From the NCBI RefSeq assembly GCF_054482525.1, contig NZ_JBTHVG010000007.1: a stretch of 64,000 nt of DNA; one strand, 5' to 3'. This document shows, one piece after another, positions 30,065 through 41,641 of the stretch. The position numbers and the translations under genes were made by a program. Each line of letters starts with the position of its first letter. The stretch's first letter is position 1. The notes beneath the pieces are model-generated. The model saw nothing but the letters and a program-made list of their open reading frames with translations, ran no database searches and had not been told where the DNA came from. This DNA is from a plasmid.

Positions 30065-30145
30065 AAACGTATATCCCTTTGACATATCCCGGTATCAATC
30101 CCACAATGGATATACACAAGACATATCCACATAAGGAGGCAAATA

Positions 30146-30373
30146 ATGGAAACCACCGTATTTTTCAGCAACCGCAGCCAGGCGGTCAGACTGCCAAAAG
30201 CGGTTGCATTGCCGGAAAACGTAAAACGCGTTGAAGTGATTGCTGTCGGACGAACCAGAATCATTACGCCAGCCGGAGAGACATGGGACGAATGGTTCGA
30301 CGGACACAACGTCAGCGCCGATTTTATGGATAACAGGGAACAGCCCGGCATGCAGGAAAGGGAGTCATTCTGA
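30146..30373 (+). CDS. vapB: VapB-family antitoxin (AbrB/SpoVT-like)
   Basis: 75-aa ORF METTVFFSNRSQAVRLPKAVALPENVKRVEVIAVGRTRIITPAG...; overlaps vapC start. Confidence 0.75.
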   Translation: METTVFFSNRSQAVRLPKAVALPENVKRVEVIAVGRTRIITPAGETWDEWFDGHNVSADFMDNREQPGMQERESF

Positions 30374-30771
30374 TGCTGAAGTTTATGCTCGATACCAACA
30401 TCTGCATTTTCACGATAAAGAACAAACCCGCCAGCGTCAGGGAGCGTTTTAACCTGAACCAGGGGAGAATGTGTATCAGTTCGGTCACCCTGATGGAGCT
30501 GATATATGGTGCAGAAAAAAGCCAGATGCCTGAACGTAATCTCGCTGTGATCGAGGGATTTGTTTCCCGCATTGATGTTCTGGATTACGACGCTGCCGCA
30601 GCCACACACAGCGGCCAGATAAGAGCAGAACTTGCCCGTCAGGGACGCCCTGTCGGGCCATTTGATCAAATGATCGCAGGTCATGCCCGCAGTCGGGGAC
30701 TGATTATTGTGACTAATAACACCCGGGAATTTGAACGTGTGGACGGTCTGAGAATTGAAGACTGGAGCTGA
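30373..30771 (+). CDS. vapC: VapC PIN-domain toxin
   Basis: 132-aa ORF MLKFMLDTNICIFTIKNKPASVRERF... with PIN acidic residues. Confidence 0.8.
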   Translation: MLKFMLDTNICIFTIKNKPASVRERFNLNQGRMCISSVTLMELIYGAEKSQMPERNLAVIEGFVSRIDVLDYDAAAATHSGQIRAELARQGRPVGPFDQMIAGHARSRGLIIVTNNTREFERVDGLRIEDWS

Positions 30772-30779
30772 CCTGTTCA

Positions 30780-32933
30780 TCAGAAATCATCTCCCGGCTC
30801 AACATCCTCCCCGCGCTCCCGGTGCACATTGATGTTCACCTCTTCACGACGCTGCATCTTCTGCTGGATATCCGGATTCTGCTCCCGTTGCCATGCCTCA
30901 TAAACGGCCATATCCACCACTTCACCGGATTCACTGATCCCGGGTGGCAGTTGCTGTTCCATCTCTTCTTCCGGTTTCATTTTCAGCTCCTGCTCGATCC
31001 CCCCTGCCGGAACATTCACACCTGCATCTGACTTCTTATCGTTGATGGCAGGAGACACCGGCTGTTGCGGCTGTTCAGCCTGAGTCACGTCTTCTCCGGA
31101 AACAACCTCCGGGACATCCGGTTCGAAGAGGCTGGCCATCTGACGACCTTCTGCTTCCCTTGCGGCAAGTACGGCACTCAGACGGTTCTCCATTTCCGGG
31201 TTGATGTCACGCGGAATAAACTCCGGAGCGACCTTCGGTCGTGTCTGATATTTCAGGGAGAGTTTTACTGCCGGATACGGTCCGGGCAGGGTGACATAAC
31301 AGGTCAGATCCGGCAGAGACTGAATGTCGGAATAACTGACCAGCGTCTGACGCTCCATATCCTTACCGGTCGATACCCCGTCACGTACCGGATCAGCACC
31401 GTAGGAATACTGCTCGCTGGCTTTCAGGTGCTCTTTCTCACCAATTTCACCGGCAGCGAACTCTGCAATCTTATGGCTGGGAGAACGGAAAAAGGCACGG
31501 GTGTTCATGACGTCAAACAGCGTGGCAGCCGCTTTCTCACCGTAGATATCTTCCAGCTGGGCATAGGACTGGATACCAAACACATAACAGCCACCGAACT
31601 TACGGGCTTCCGGCAGGATCTCCACCAGATCCGGCAGTTTGTGTAACGTGGGTAACTCGTCACAGAAAAACCACACACGACGGTTACGGTTTTCTCCCAT
31701 TGCCAGCAGACCACGAATAGCAATGGACAGCCACATGGAGATCACCGGCTTCAGGGAGGCATGGGTGTCGGCGTTCGACGAAATAAACAGCCAGCCGTTT
31801 TTCTGATCTTCCCGGACACCACGCATCCAGTCACGGATGGTGAAGGGCTCACCGTTATGCTCAATCCCCTGCAGGTAACGGATGGCTTTCACGTAGTTGG
31901 TCAGCACAGCACGGATGGATATGGCCGTTTTCTCGATTTTCTCTTCCACCAGGTTGGCCGCCGGTGAATTACGCAGGAAGGTACGCAGCTTTTCAATTTT
32001 GATGGAAAGCAGTGTGTCCACCAGTTTGCTGTAGCTGCGGTTGGGGTCATTACGCATCAGGTATGCCGCTTCCGCAAAAATGGTACGTCCTGAACCCTGC
32101 CAGAACGGGTCCTCTTTTGTCCCCATCGGGATCAGAGTATTTGCGGTATTATCAAAATCTGGCTGTGTCAGGCACTCCTTCCACAAATCCCAGGCAGCAC
32201 AGCGTGCATCCAGCGGATTCAGGATTTTATCGATGGAGGGATCATAGTAACTTTTAACAAATTCCCCCGAACGGTCATAAATCACCACCATATCACCACG
32301 CTGACGGGCGTAGTTGGCCAGACGACGGATAACCTCCGACTTACCGGCCCCGACAGTGCCGTGCAGACAGAAGTTCTGGATTTCAGAATCCCGGATAATC
32401 GGCAGATCGCCAATCCGGATATCGGAATCCTTGCCATCTTTTTTCAGCATCCTGGCCACCTCTTTCGGATTGTCAGTCAGCTGACGACCACCTGTGATTT
32501 CATTTTCGCTCTGTTGTTTACCCTGACGCCCCAGAATCCAGGAGACAACAAAGAAGGTGATCAGGCAGATAACCAGGGCCACGACAGACGCCAGAACGAA
32601 TGCCGACCATAACTGCTCACCGCACCAGATCATATATTTATCATGCAGTACCTGAGCCGCGTTCATCCGGAAGGTTTTGCCGTAATACTGGATCTCATAG
32701 ACCGGCTGGGACCTGATTAAATCCCGCATGCCTTCCAGCGTGGTGCACCACCAGTAAATGCAGCCATTCACAAACGTCTGCCAGCTTATTTTTACCCATA
32801 AAACCAGACCAACTAGGATCCAGAAAAAAATAAACAGGCAGTAAAGTATGATATTGGCGATCTGACTGAACATGCGGATACGCATGGACGCAATCTGACC
32901 GCCCTGGGTCATATCCTTTGCGTTAAAACTCAT
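30780..32933 (-). CDS. traD: TraD type IV coupling protein
   Basis: 717-aa ORF with Walker A GTVGAGKS and acidic C-terminal tail. Confidence 0.95.
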   Translation of the reverse strand: MSFNAKDMTQGGQIASMRIRMFSQIANIILYCLFIFFWILVGLVLWVKISWQTFVNGCIYWWCTTLEGMRDLIRSQPVYEIQYYGKTFRMNAAQVLHDKYMIWCGEQLWSAFVLASVVALVICLITFFVVSWILGRQGKQQSENEITGGRQLTDNPKEVARMLKKDGKDSDIRIGDLPIIRDSEIQNFCLHGTVGAGKSEVIRRLANYARQRGDMVVIYDRSGEFVKSYYDPSIDKILNPLDARCAAWDLWKECLTQPDFDNTANTLIPMGTKEDPFWQGSGRTIFAEAAYLMRNDPNRSYSKLVDTLLSIKIEKLRTFLRNSPAANLVEEKIEKTAISIRAVLTNYVKAIRYLQGIEHNGEPFTIRDWMRGVREDQKNGWLFISSNADTHASLKPVISMWLSIAIRGLLAMGENRNRRVWFFCDELPTLHKLPDLVEILPEARKFGGCYVFGIQSYAQLEDIYGEKAAATLFDVMNTRAFFRSPSHKIAEFAAGEIGEKEHLKASEQYSYGADPVRDGVSTGKDMERQTLVSYSDIQSLPDLTCYVTLPGPYPAVKLSLKYQTRPKVAPEFIPRDINPEMENRLSAVLAAREAEGRQMASLFEPDVPEVVSGEDVTQAEQPQQPVSPAINDKKSDAGVNVPAGGIEQELKMKPEEEMEQQLPPGISESGEVVDMAVYEAWQREQNPDIQQKMQRREEVNINVHRERGEDVEPGDDF

Positions 32934-33185
32934 GATGATATTCTGAAGAAAGAAAGTCAGTCGGACTGATTATTAATGATGAAAAGATTAATAACCGTTA
33001 AATTCCGGCTTCGCCGGCAACACTTCACGGTCGCACAAAGAATTTGCACAACCGCTCAGTGTTTTCATATTTATTTCGGAAACGCCGGGGAGAAATAAAA
33101 TTTATTTTATTTCTCCCCGGGGTTGGACAACGAGCAAAGCGAGGCGTCAGTCAGGAGGCCGGTCAGACCAGCCTCCGGAAGATAA

Positions 33186-33917
33186 TCAGAGAATATTTGC
33201 GATTGATTTGGCCAGCTGGTCTTCGAGAACAGGCTTCGCCTCTTCAAATTTCAGGTTAACCTTGTTCGCATTTGAGACCACACGGGTCTGGTATTTATGC
33301 TGGTTACCTGTTTCAGTACTGGTCTGAATTTTCGCACCTGATGTGCCCTGACGCAGGGCGGCAACATTATCCGTTGTCACCGTTGCCTTAGTACGCTCTG
33401 CAATCTGCACATCCGTGATCATGGTATAGTTCACATCTTCCACCATCGCATCTGCAGCCATACCCACCAGACCGGCAGCAAGGCCCACACCGAGTGTGGC
33501 ACCGGCAGAATTGGAATTATATCCGGTGATACCGGCACCTAACGCTGCACCAACTGCTGCGCCTTCATAACCACGGTTCAGCCATCCCTGAGACTCCCGC
33601 AGATCCATCTTATCGGCCTTCAGCACATTCGCCTGAATCCAGTAGTAGGCTTTATCCGGAGAAGTCACCACCTGATACCCTTTTGCTTTCACAGCATCAG
33701 CAATTTTGCCCTGCAGCCCACTCATGTCTTTATCAGACGTGTTTTTGATCTGCAGAAATACCGTGCGTTCGCTGGCGGGTTCAAGCCAGATGGTCTCACT
33801 CATCTGAGTCTTCACCTCAAGGTTACGCTTCTTGATTGCTGTGCTCATCGCACCACACCCTGAAAGGGCCAGAGTGGAACTGACCAGTGTAACCATCATC
33901 AATTTTTTTGTTTTCAT
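33186..33917 (-). CDS. traT: TraT surface-exclusion / complement-resistance lipoprotein
   Basis: [47 protein letters not shown]... with lipobox LSGC. Confidence 0.93.
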   Translation of the reverse strand: MKTKKLMMVTLVSSTLALSGCGAMSTAIKKRNLEVKTQMSETIWLEPASERTVFLQIKNTSDKDMSGLQGKIADAVKAKGYQVVTSPDKAYYWIQANVLKADKMDLRESQGWLNRGYEGAAVGAALGAGITGYNSNSAGATLGVGLAAGLVGMAADAMVEDVNYTMITDVQIAERTKATVTTDNVAALRQGTSGAKIQTSTETGNQHKYQTRVVSNANKVNLKFEEAKPVLEDQLAKSIANIL

Positions 33918-33948
33918 CAAATTACCTTTTTTACAAACTACAGTTTTC

Positions 33949-34446
33949 TTATTGCCTGTCATAATAGTCCTGCCAACGAGTCCCAAAAGTATTTCCCGCT
34001 GAATCAAAGCCTCCATGCATAGGATATCCGGTTGAAGGGTTATAGTAGATCGTTGGGGTCTGTTCAATGCCCCCGAAGTCTAACTTTTCACTCCCATCAT
34101 ATTGGTCTTTGAGTTGATTTTGCCCCCATTTTTTTATGCTTATGCAACCACTAACTTGCCTTAATTCGTATAGTGTACCAATGATAAAAACCATCAGGCT
34201 TAATAACGGAGAGAGTAAGGAAGATACTGGCATCGTTATATACCAAACGCCTTTACTAAACTTAAACTCATCCGACACATCCCGTTTTTTTCGTATTTGA
34301 GAGAACAACCAGATAAACAGTCCCTGCCATAGCACTATGAAGAACAGCATAAAAACTGTTTCGGCATTCCCCCAATCAGCCAGATAACAGGCGATAAACT
34401 GTATCACTGTTACCAGAGCAATATGGGCTAAACATCTCATTATCAT
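33949..34446 (-). CDS. traS: TraS entry-exclusion inner-membrane protein
   Basis: 165-aa hydrophobic low-GC ORF between traG and traT. Confidence 0.7.
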   Translation of the reverse strand: MIMRCLAHIALVTVIQFIACYLADWGNAETVFMLFFIVLWQGLFIWLFSQIRKKRDVSDEFKFSKGVWYITMPVSSLLSPLLSLMVFIIGTLYELRQVSGCISIKKWGQNQLKDQYDGSEKLDFGGIEQTPTIYYNPSTGYPMHGGFDSAGNTFGTRWQDYYDRQ

Positions 34447-34461
34447 CTCCCAAACACAGTA

Positions 34462-37284
34462 TTATTGCTTATACTTATCCTGATACTCCTTTGCCCTTTT
34501 CATCAGTTCCTGTGGACTGTCAGCCCCGGGCATTCTTTCCTGAGCCGACTTTTCTTCATTATATTTATTATTCTGAGATAATGCCTCTGTTTTATGGTGA
34601 TTCTGCAGTTCAGAATACTGTCCTCTTACAATATTTTCCTCGCCACGTATGCTGTTCTGAGTATCACCTATATTCCCTTTATATTCTGTGACCATATTAT
34701 CAACCTGATGTTTTACATCATTACGGATATTACTGTCCTGCGTTCTTTGCTCAATAATGGCCTGATGTCCCTGATGGTCAGCAATAATATCCTGACTGCC
34801 TCCACCCGAAGGTACGCTCTCCATTCCTTTACCAATATCGCCACGGGATTCCCGCCAGGCATTATCAACACCAGGCTGTATCTGTTCCTGCACAAAAGAC
34901 CAGGCCATTGCCCGACGGCGTTCTGCAATCTCCGGCGAACTGGTATTTGTCAGAATAGCTTCGGCATCCTGCGGTGCGTGTTTCATCACATACTGTGCAA
35001 ACTGTTGCGACAAATCTTCGCTCATCTGCCCACTCATGCTTTCAGTACGGGATGCCATTTCAGCATATTCATGGCTGCGGGTCATATTCGTCGTGTACTG
35101 GTCGTAACTCTGTTTCGCTGAATTCAGGGCTGCAGACAGTTGATCCACCCGGGAATCAGCATTATTGTCAGTATGGCTGCCGGATTCACTGACTTTGCGA
35201 CTGGTAAAGTAATCGCTGGCCTCTTTAAAGTCCTTACTGGCTTTAGCGTCAATATCATGACGAGCATCATAGCTGGCCCGTGAACCACTGCTGGCCTGAT
35301 GCGCATCATCATCACTCCAGTCAATGCCAGCCCGACCACCACCTCTAACGCCTAATCCTCCACCAACACCAAGAATTTTAGGTTTAACCCCCCATTCAGC
35401 ATGAGCATCTCCATACATCCCGGCAGAAGCTCTCGTACTTCTGGATGCCAGTTCCTGAGTCGCCTGCTCATTACTGATATTATGCGCCTTCGCATAGCTT
35501 TCCACTGCACTGCGCATACGGCTGGCCATCATGGAGTCCTGTGCACTCATCGTACTGTCAGCACCACTGGTGACAGAGTCACTGCTCCCCCGGTTAGAAC
35601 CAAACTGACTGAGCGTGTTCCAGGCACTGGCAATACTGCTGCTGAAACCATGCAGGGCACTTTCTGCTCTGTTCGACGCCTCCCGGGCCATTTCCTGTTG
35701 TGCCACTGCAATCTGACGCGTTGCATTGATACCGACCGGTAAACGGGACATCGCTCCGCTTGCATCCATCACCATATTACCGTCACGGGTCTGTGTGGCG
35801 GTTGCGCCACTGCCGGTCTGGTACATCATCTGACCAAACGACGTGGTGCTGTTGGTGCTCCAGCTGAAGCCGTTCACGTTTTCCGTCTGCATGTTGCCGT
35901 AGGAGTAATTACCGTCAACCACACTACCTGCCGCACTGGCAGTCGGGCTGATAGCAGAGGAAGCGAAATGGCTGTACACACTGGAAAATCCGGCCCCAAG
36001 CCCCCTGACCATCATCCAGGATAATGGCGGGATCATCATGGAAAGATACCCGGCAGTGGAAGCCAGATCGGAGTATTTCAGTTGTATCTGTGAAATTTCA
36101 GAGAGCACCACCGGCGCACCATTCTGTTTCGCATAAAATGTCATGGCACTGTTCAGAATGGCGTACAAGAGTGGCCATGACTGCAGCCACATCAGGGCAA
36201 ACACATAACCTTTCAGGACAGACAGCGTCAGTTTGTTGAATACAGCCGCCAGTACCAGGAGCGGGAAAATACCGATGGCGATCCCCGTCAGGATGGTCTG
36301 CGTCATGGGCAGTGTCCGCATCGCCACATGACCGATGGAGACATGTGCCAGACGTTGTTTCTCCATCGATGACGTGGTGGCCAGATTCACCAGGCTGGCC
36401 GAATCACCATTACGTGCGGCATAACTGGTGATCCCCTCCTTCAGCGCATTGATGGTGACATTCTGGCGGATGATCTGGCTGGCTGATTTACTTGAGCCAT
36501 AGAAGTAACTGTAACTGTCGCCAATCAGCGTACTGAACAGCAGGTTAGGATCAGGGCGTCCACCAAATAGCTGCTGGGCATAATAATGCCAGGTTTTTCC
36601 GCCACTCTGTGTGTCCAGATTCAGCTTGTCTTTCAGCGAAACCGACGCGTCCTTACAGGTTACGAAATTATTATTGCTGTCATAAACGCCCCGCAGCGGG
36701 CTGGGGCGGGAAAAAATCAGCGTGTAGGGATCAGCGGAGGCCATCAGCTCCTCCAGCGTGTATTTGTGGTTCAGGTAAATATCCCCCATAACACAGTTCT
36801 GCACATAATCCTGGAAAAGATTGGCGATTTCCGGATTGCGGGACAAAAAGTCGGTGCTTTTTGATACCAGTTCTGCGCCAAACAGCATCCCCGTTTTGCT
36901 GTAGGTGACACTGTCCGGTTGCGTGAAGATCATCTCGTAACTGGCCACCATTGCATGCCCGATACGGGTCGTCAGTGAAAGTGGCATCGCCAGTCCGACC
37001 GGCACATTATCCACCCGGTGAACTTTGACCAGGTCACTGTTATCAATAATCTGCACCGATGTGCGGACATTAACCAGCAGGCTGATAAGCACAAATACGG
37101 CCACCCAGCCCAGCAAATCCATCACGTTGTGCCGCTGTACCCACATTACGGCCACCGCGAGAACAGACAATGTGAGCGCAATTTTTTCAATGGAATCCCA
37201 CGTCCTGGTTCCCATAAAGGCGGCAATGGCGTTCAGGTTATTCCGCAACCACTCACCACCGGCAATCACATAAACTTCATTCAC
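34462..37284 (-). CDS. traG: TraG mating-pair stabilisation / entry-exclusion protein
   Basis: 940-aa ORF, N-terminal membrane domain, position between traH and traS. Confidence 0.9.
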   Translation of the reverse strand: MNEVYVIAGGEWLRNNLNAIAAFMGTRTWDSIEKIALTLSVLAVAVMWVQRHNVMDLLGWVAVFVLISLLVNVRTSVQIIDNSDLVKVHRVDNVPVGLAMPLSLTTRIGHAMVASYEMIFTQPDSVTYSKTGMLFGAELVSKSTDFLSRNPEIANLFQDYVQNCVMGDIYLNHKYTLEELMASADPYTLIFSRPSPLRGVYDSNNNFVTCKDASVSLKDKLNLDTQSGGKTWHYYAQQLFGGRPDPNLLFSTLIGDSYSYFYGSSKSASQIIRQNVTINALKEGITSYAARNGDSASLVNLATTSSMEKQRLAHVSIGHVAMRTLPMTQTILTGIAIGIFPLLVLAAVFNKLTLSVLKGYVFALMWLQSWPLLYAILNSAMTFYAKQNGAPVVLSEISQIQLKYSDLASTAGYLSMMIPPLSWMMVRGLGAGFSSVYSHFASSAISPTASAAGSVVDGNYSYGNMQTENVNGFSWSTNSTTSFGQMMYQTGSGATATQTRDGNMVMDASGAMSRLPVGINATRQIAVAQQEMAREASNRAESALHGFSSSIASAWNTLSQFGSNRGSSDSVTSGADSTMSAQDSMMASRMRSAVESYAKAHNISNEQATQELASRSTRASAGMYGDAHAEWGVKPKILGVGGGLGVRGGGRAGIDWSDDDAHQASSGSRASYDARHDIDAKASKDFKEASDYFTSRKVSESGSHTDNNADSRVDQLSAALNSAKQSYDQYTTNMTRSHEYAEMASRTESMSGQMSEDLSQQFAQYVMKHAPQDAEAILTNTSSPEIAERRRAMAWSFVQEQIQPGVDNAWRESRGDIGKGMESVPSGGGSQDIIADHQGHQAIIEQRTQDSNIRNDVKHQVDNMVTEYKGNIGDTQNSIRGEENIVRGQYSELQNHHKTEALSQNNKYNEEKSAQERMPGADSPQELMKRAKEYQDKYKQ

Positions 37285-38657
37285 CGCGTGCTCCCTCCGA
37301 AGTGATAGTTGTTTTGGTAACGACTGAGCATGCGGGCGGAAAGCTGCTGACGCATGTAGCTCATCTGACGATCGACAACCAGCAGCGCATCCTGCTGTAC
37401 CTGCACCTGTGACTGAAACGCCGCAATCTGCCGGGTGGCATCATTCATGTTGTCGTTAATATGTCCGATAACCGCTTCGTCATAATTTCCCGTGGCCACC
37501 ATCGCCCGGGCCTGCTGTATCAGCTCCTGAATGTACTGCAGCAGGATGTCGTAACCGATATAGTCCGTCAGCTGGTAAATCATGCTGTTGGAAACTCCGA
37601 GCATCTGCGGGTCAACCAGGTATTTGAAGACGGGGATGGTGGTACTGGAAATAAAGCCTTTTTCCTTGTCATCCAGAGGCGTGTCACTGACCGCCTTGTT
37701 CTGAATGCTGGCCAGAAGTTTAGTAATCTGAGACTTCAGTGCATTATCCCGGCTGATAGTCACCGGTGTGTCTGCCACCACTTTCAGGCATTTATCAGAA
37801 TCGTTGCAGTGATAAATTTTTGCTGTGCCGCCTTCCATCATGGCCCGGATAATTGAGCGGTCAGTGGTTCTGGCTGACAGCGGTGTGATTTCGCCGTTGG
37901 GACCAAACACCAGTGAGCCGGTCAGCGTCATCACAAATTCTTTCAGCTCTTTGTTGCCGTCAAACATTCTGTTTTTGGAAAGCGCATTCCACATGATGTT
38001 GATGTTTTTGGTCACCCGCTCCTTATCCTTGTCGCTGGCTTTATCCCTGACACTGTCAGATTTCCCGCCAACGGTACATCCCTGCCGGGAAGCCGCCCAG
38101 TCAGCAAAAATATTGCTCTCACCGGCAATGTCCTGACAGACTTTCTGCTGGGACACCTGCGTCCGGGGGAAAAGCCCGCCGATAATCCCCTGTGCAGCCT
38201 GGCAGGAACTGAGGTTCATACTGTTAATGTCGCTTGCCATTTTCTGCACGAAGTCTTTTGCGGTTTTTATTTCCGGCACCGTTGTCTGCAGGGCAAGGTC
38301 AAAAAAGTAACCGGCAGCATTGCTCATAATCTGCTTAACAAAACGCTGCAACTGCTCACCATTAATAAAACTGAACGAGCCGAGATAGGCGTCGATGCCG
38401 CCACATCCAGCATTGATATCCGGCAGCGTCATGGAAATTAGCTGAACATTTTTGACCTGAGTACGGGCATACAGGGAGCCACCGTAAGCATAGCCGGCGG
38501 CCTGCCCCTGCCAGACGCCCGGCTGTGTGGTATTGGAAGCAAATCCCAGCTTATTAAAGAACTGATTCATGTCGCTGTTCACATCCGCTGACGCTGCAGG
38601 CGTCACCGTCAGTAAGGCGGCACAAAGAACCAGAAGAGGTTTAATGCGTGGCATCAT
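37281..38657 (-). CDS. traH: TraH pilus assembly protein
   Basis: 458-aa ORF with signal peptide MMPRIKPLLVLCAALLTVTPAASA. Confidence 0.9.
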   Translation of the reverse strand: MMPRIKPLLVLCAALLTVTPAASADVNSDMNQFFNKLGFASNTTQPGVWQGQAAGYAYGGSLYARTQVKNVQLISMTLPDINAGCGGIDAYLGSFSFINGEQLQRFVKQIMSNAAGYFFDLALQTTVPEIKTAKDFVQKMASDINSMNLSSCQAAQGIIGGLFPRTQVSQQKVCQDIAGESNIFADWAASRQGCTVGGKSDSVRDKASDKDKERVTKNINIMWNALSKNRMFDGNKELKEFVMTLTGSLVFGPNGEITPLSARTTDRSIIRAMMEGGTAKIYHCNDSDKCLKVVADTPVTISRDNALKSQITKLLASIQNKAVSDTPLDDKEKGFISSTTIPVFKYLVDPQMLGVSNSMIYQLTDYIGYDILLQYIQELIQQARAMVATGNYDEAVIGHINDNMNDATRQIAAFQSQVQVQQDALLVVDRQMSYMRQQLSARMLSRYQNNYHFGGSTR

Positions 38658-39067
38658 TCTTGCCCTCCCTTAATGTGTTCTCCCGGTGCATACGACATTT
38701 CAGCAGGAATATCTCGATATTTCCGTATATTAATTCGTACATTGGGGACAGAAAAAAATGTAACAAGAAACCCGGCTGCAAGCGCATATAACGCATACGG
38801 AATGGCATATATCAGGATATTCCACATATAACTCGAATTATTTAATTCCGGGTCCGCTTTCCACGAATCAATACAGGCATCAAAAATAATATCCATAACT
38901 GTCCATAAAACAATTCCGGCAGTCAGGAATACCAGAGACAACCCAGCATACCTGCCAGTAATTCTGGAAATGTATTTATAATCTCGTTCTGTACTTCTGA
39001 TTTTGAGCTCAGGATTACTTTTATTTTCTCTCATTATAAGTTCCCTCTGATATTTCCGATGATTCAT
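38654..39067 (-). CDS. trbF: TrbF
   Basis: Small membrane ORF immediately upstream of traH in F gene order. Confidence 0.6.
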   Translation of the reverse strand: MNHRKYQRELIMRENKSNPELKIRSTERDYKYISRITGRYAGLSLVFLTAGIVLWTVMDIIFDACIDSWKADPELNNSSYMWNILIYAIPYALYALAAGFLVTFFSVPNVRINIRKYRDIPAEMSYAPGEHIKGGQE

Positions 39068-39305
39068 TCAGACCGGTCATGCGGCTGTAATATATTTCAG
39101 ACACCGAAATCCATCCCACAATTGCCCCCACAAAAAACACAACAGAAACAGAAAAGGTAAGACTCAGCGAAACGACAATTTCTACAGGGCTGGCGGGATA
39201 AAAAAGCCCCTGACGGATAAAGGGGATATTCAGGCTGACGATTATTCCCGTCACGATGCCGGATATTCCGGCAATGAGTAACACCACCTGCTTATTTCGC
39301 ACCTT
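39021..39305 (-). CDS. trbJ: TrbJ (start uncertain)
   Basis: Membrane ORF ...KQVVLLIAGISGIVTGIIVSLNIPFIRQGLFYPASPVEIVVSLSL... between trbB and trbF. Confidence 0.55.
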   Translation of the reverse strand, partial: KVRNKQVVLLIAGISGIVTGIIVSLNIPFIRQGLFYPASPVEIVVSLSLTFSVSVVFFVGAIVGWISVSEIYYSRMTGLNESSEISEGTYNERK

Positions 39306-39837
39306 TTTTTCCTCCGTACATCTGCAAAACGGTATCCACCCGCGCCATAAAACCGGCGGCATCCGTTGCCCCCTGTAAAAGCGGTAATGCCTCAAGCGTG
39401 TTGACGTTGACCAGGAAGGTGGTCGGTGTGGCCACCGGGATATTCGGGAAGAAGGTCTGCATCACCTCCGGTGGCACCGGTAATGCTTCAGGAAAGGCCG
39501 TATCCCCCTGACCATCCAGGGTGTAGGAAAAAACGGAAAAGCCGTACTGCTGTGCCAGCTGTTTCAGTACCGGGTCAAACTGGTGACAGTAAGGGCAATG
39601 CCCCTGCATAAACAGCACCACCTTCCAGTCGGCCAGGTTAACCTGCCTGCCATTACTGAGGCGGAACCAGCGGGGAGCCGGCTTTGCTGTCCTGGCTGAC
39701 GTGCCTGCTGCCGGTTGTGCAGGCTGCGTAGCCATACCCTGCGGATTCCAGAGTCGCTCTATTTCATCCCGGGTGGAGGCCTGCACAGCAGCGGCGCTCA
39801 GCAACAGGGTGAACAGCAGTGATTTAGTGAGAGACAT
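39292..39837 (-). CDS. trbB: TrbB thioredoxin-like periplasmic disulfide isomerase
   Basis: 181-aa ORF with signal peptide and CPYC active site. Confidence 0.85.
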   Translation of the reverse strand: MSLTKSLLFTLLLSAAAVQASTRDEIERLWNPQGMATQPAQPAAGTSARTAKPAPRWFRLSNGRQVNLADWKVVLFMQGHCPYCHQFDPVLKQLAQQYGFSVFSYTLDGQGDTAFPEALPVPPEVMQTFFPNIPVATPTTFLVNVNTLEALPLLQGATDAAGFMARVDTVLQMYGGKKGAK

Positions 39838-40108
39838 GTCCGCCCTCCTGCTGCCCTTCCATCATGGCCTGTTGCCTGGCTTCCAGTGCCTCACGCTCTT
39901 CCCGGCTGACACGGGCAATCCATGCATCCAGCACCTGGTATGCGCCGAACAGTACGAGAATGGCCGCAATCAGCTCCGCCAGAAAAAAAGCCATCCAGGG
40001 TTTGCTGTAAACAAGACGGGCGACGATATGAAACCAGACACCCAGGGAAAATACCCACATTCCCGTAATATCAAGCCGGGGTAAAGAGAATCTGCGTTTA
40101 CTTATCAT
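39824..40108 (-). CDS. traQ: TraQ pilin chaperone
   Basis: 94-aa membrane ORF in the expected position. Confidence 0.8.
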   Translation of the reverse strand: MISKRRFSLPRLDITGMWVFSLGVWFHIVARLVYSKPWMAFFLAELIAAILVLFGAYQVLDAWIARVSREEREALEARQQAMMEGQQEGGHVSH

Positions 40109-40188
40109 GTTAAACTCCGGTTATTATTTACATGAGAGTATTCATGTCTGTAATATTCGCGTTTGTGTGATATTAATCAGAGGTACAA

Positions 40189-40503
40189 ATGGAAAAGCGA
40201 TCTTTTAAAGAAAAACTGGAAATAATCAGAAACATAATAAGAGAGTCGTTACCGGGAAATGCGGCAATTATTGCGCTGATATATGCAGCATCACATTCAT
40301 TACCGGTCAATGCCTTCCCTGACTATCTTGTAATAAGTTTATTAAGTATCGCAGCAGGCATCGTTGTATTATGGTTATTTTCAATTATCTATATTTATTT
40401 TTGTGAGCTATTCAGAAGCCACTGGATTGCGGTATGGTTTATCATATGGTCTTCAGTAATCAACCTCATTATTTTGTATGGTTTTTATGACCGTTTTATA
40501 TGA
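40189..40503 (+). CDS. artA: ArtA (anti-tra-strand ORF)
   Basis: 104-aa low-GC hydrophobic ORF on the strand opposite the tra operon between traQ and trbA, as in F. Confidence 0.6.
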   Translation: MEKRSFKEKLEIIRNIIRESLPGNAAIIALIYAASHSLPVNAFPDYLVISLLSIAAGIVVLWLFSIIYIYFCELFRSHWIAVWFIIWSSVINLIILYGFYDRFI

Positions 40504-40504
40504 C

Positions 40505-40852
40505 TTAGCCTGTCATAAGCCCCCTTATAAAAAACCACATCACTCCGGACCATACCGATGACAACACAATACAGATAAATATTCTTCTGAACCTGTCGAA
40601 GCTCGTAACGTCCGGTAATGCGGCCGCAACTATTGAAACAACCAGTGCTGCGCCCTGACTCATAATTGCACCACACAGAAACCAGAGACTGGCGGTAAGC
40701 ACATATAAACACGCGATATTAATAACAAGGAAAACCAGTGAGCTCAGGAGAAACATTTTCCTGTCATTACGCTCAGAAAAGAAATAACCGGCAATAATGA
40801 CAAATATTAACAGAACAACACCTGTAAACATTTTCAAATAATCTTCACTCAT
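40505..40852 (-). CDS. trbA: TrbA
   Basis: 115-aa membrane ORF in F gene order. Confidence 0.7.
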   Translation of the reverse strand: MSEDYLKMFTGVVLLIFVIIAGYFFSERNDRKMFLLSSLVFLVINIACLYVLTASLWFLCGAIMSQGAALVVSIVAAALPDVTSFDRFRRIFICIVLSSVWSGVMWFFIRGLMTG

Positions 40853-40867
40853 AAATCAAATCCGCGA

Positions 40868-41641
40868 TTAAAAATTGGGTTTAAAATCTTCAGAAACGTT
40901 CAGGAACTGTTTTGCCAGGTCGTCCTGCGAAATAAAGCCGTATGATAACGGGCGAATACTGCCCTGTTTCGGGTCAACCAGCATCATGGCCGGGAAATAT
41001 TTCACGCCGAGGCGCTGCGCCTGCCCCTGGTCAGTCCGGGAATCCGGCAACAGCGGATTAATCACGCCATCCACGGAAACGGGAATAACACTCAGACCAT
41101 ACGTATCCCGGAAGCCATTAATGACCTGCGCCAGTTGCCCGTCGATGGGGTCCTGCCCCCGGTAAAAAAACATGATGCCGTAGTGTTCAGCCAGTTTCGC
41201 AATGGCCTGTCGCTGCTGCGCCTGGTCTGCTGCCAGCTGGTTCCGTACCGTGCCGTTGTAATGGCTGTACTGCAGGTTATAGTCCAGTTCAGGATGTGCC
41301 AGCATGGCCTTTCTGGCGCTCATGGTGAAAAGCCCGGCCTGCTGAGTCCAGTAATTTTGCAGCCGGAAATATTTCACAAAATTATCCACGCCGGGATACA
41401 GAATGGCTTCGTACAGCGCCCGCTTTGTTGCCGTCTGCAGTGCGGCCAGTTTCTGCATAATATCCGGTTCCTGACGGGGGGCTGCAGATACAGGTTTATT
41501 TTCTTTTTCCTTCGGATTTATTTTCTCGTTATACCACTGCCAGCCTGCATCTTTTCCTGACGCCGGAAAAATAAAGCAGCAGAGTAACAGTGGCAGTAAT
41601 GCTTTATTCATCTTCATTCCTTTCATCACTTTTTCTTTCAT
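40868..41641 (-). CDS. traF: TraF pilus assembly protein (thioredoxin-like fold)
   Basis: 257-aa ORF with signal peptide; F gene order. Confidence 0.85.
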   Translation of the reverse strand: MKEKVMKGMKMNKALLPLLLCCFIFPASGKDAGWQWYNEKINPKEKENKPVSAAPRQEPDIMQKLAALQTATKRALYEAILYPGVDNFVKYFRLQNYWTQQAGLFTMSARKAMLAHPELDYNLQYSHYNGTVRNQLAADQAQQRQAIAKLAEHYGIMFFYRGQDPIDGQLAQVINGFRDTYGLSVIPVSVDGVINPLLPDSRTDQGQAQRLGVKYFPAMMLVDPKQGSIRPLSYGFISQDDLAKQFLNVSEDFKPNF

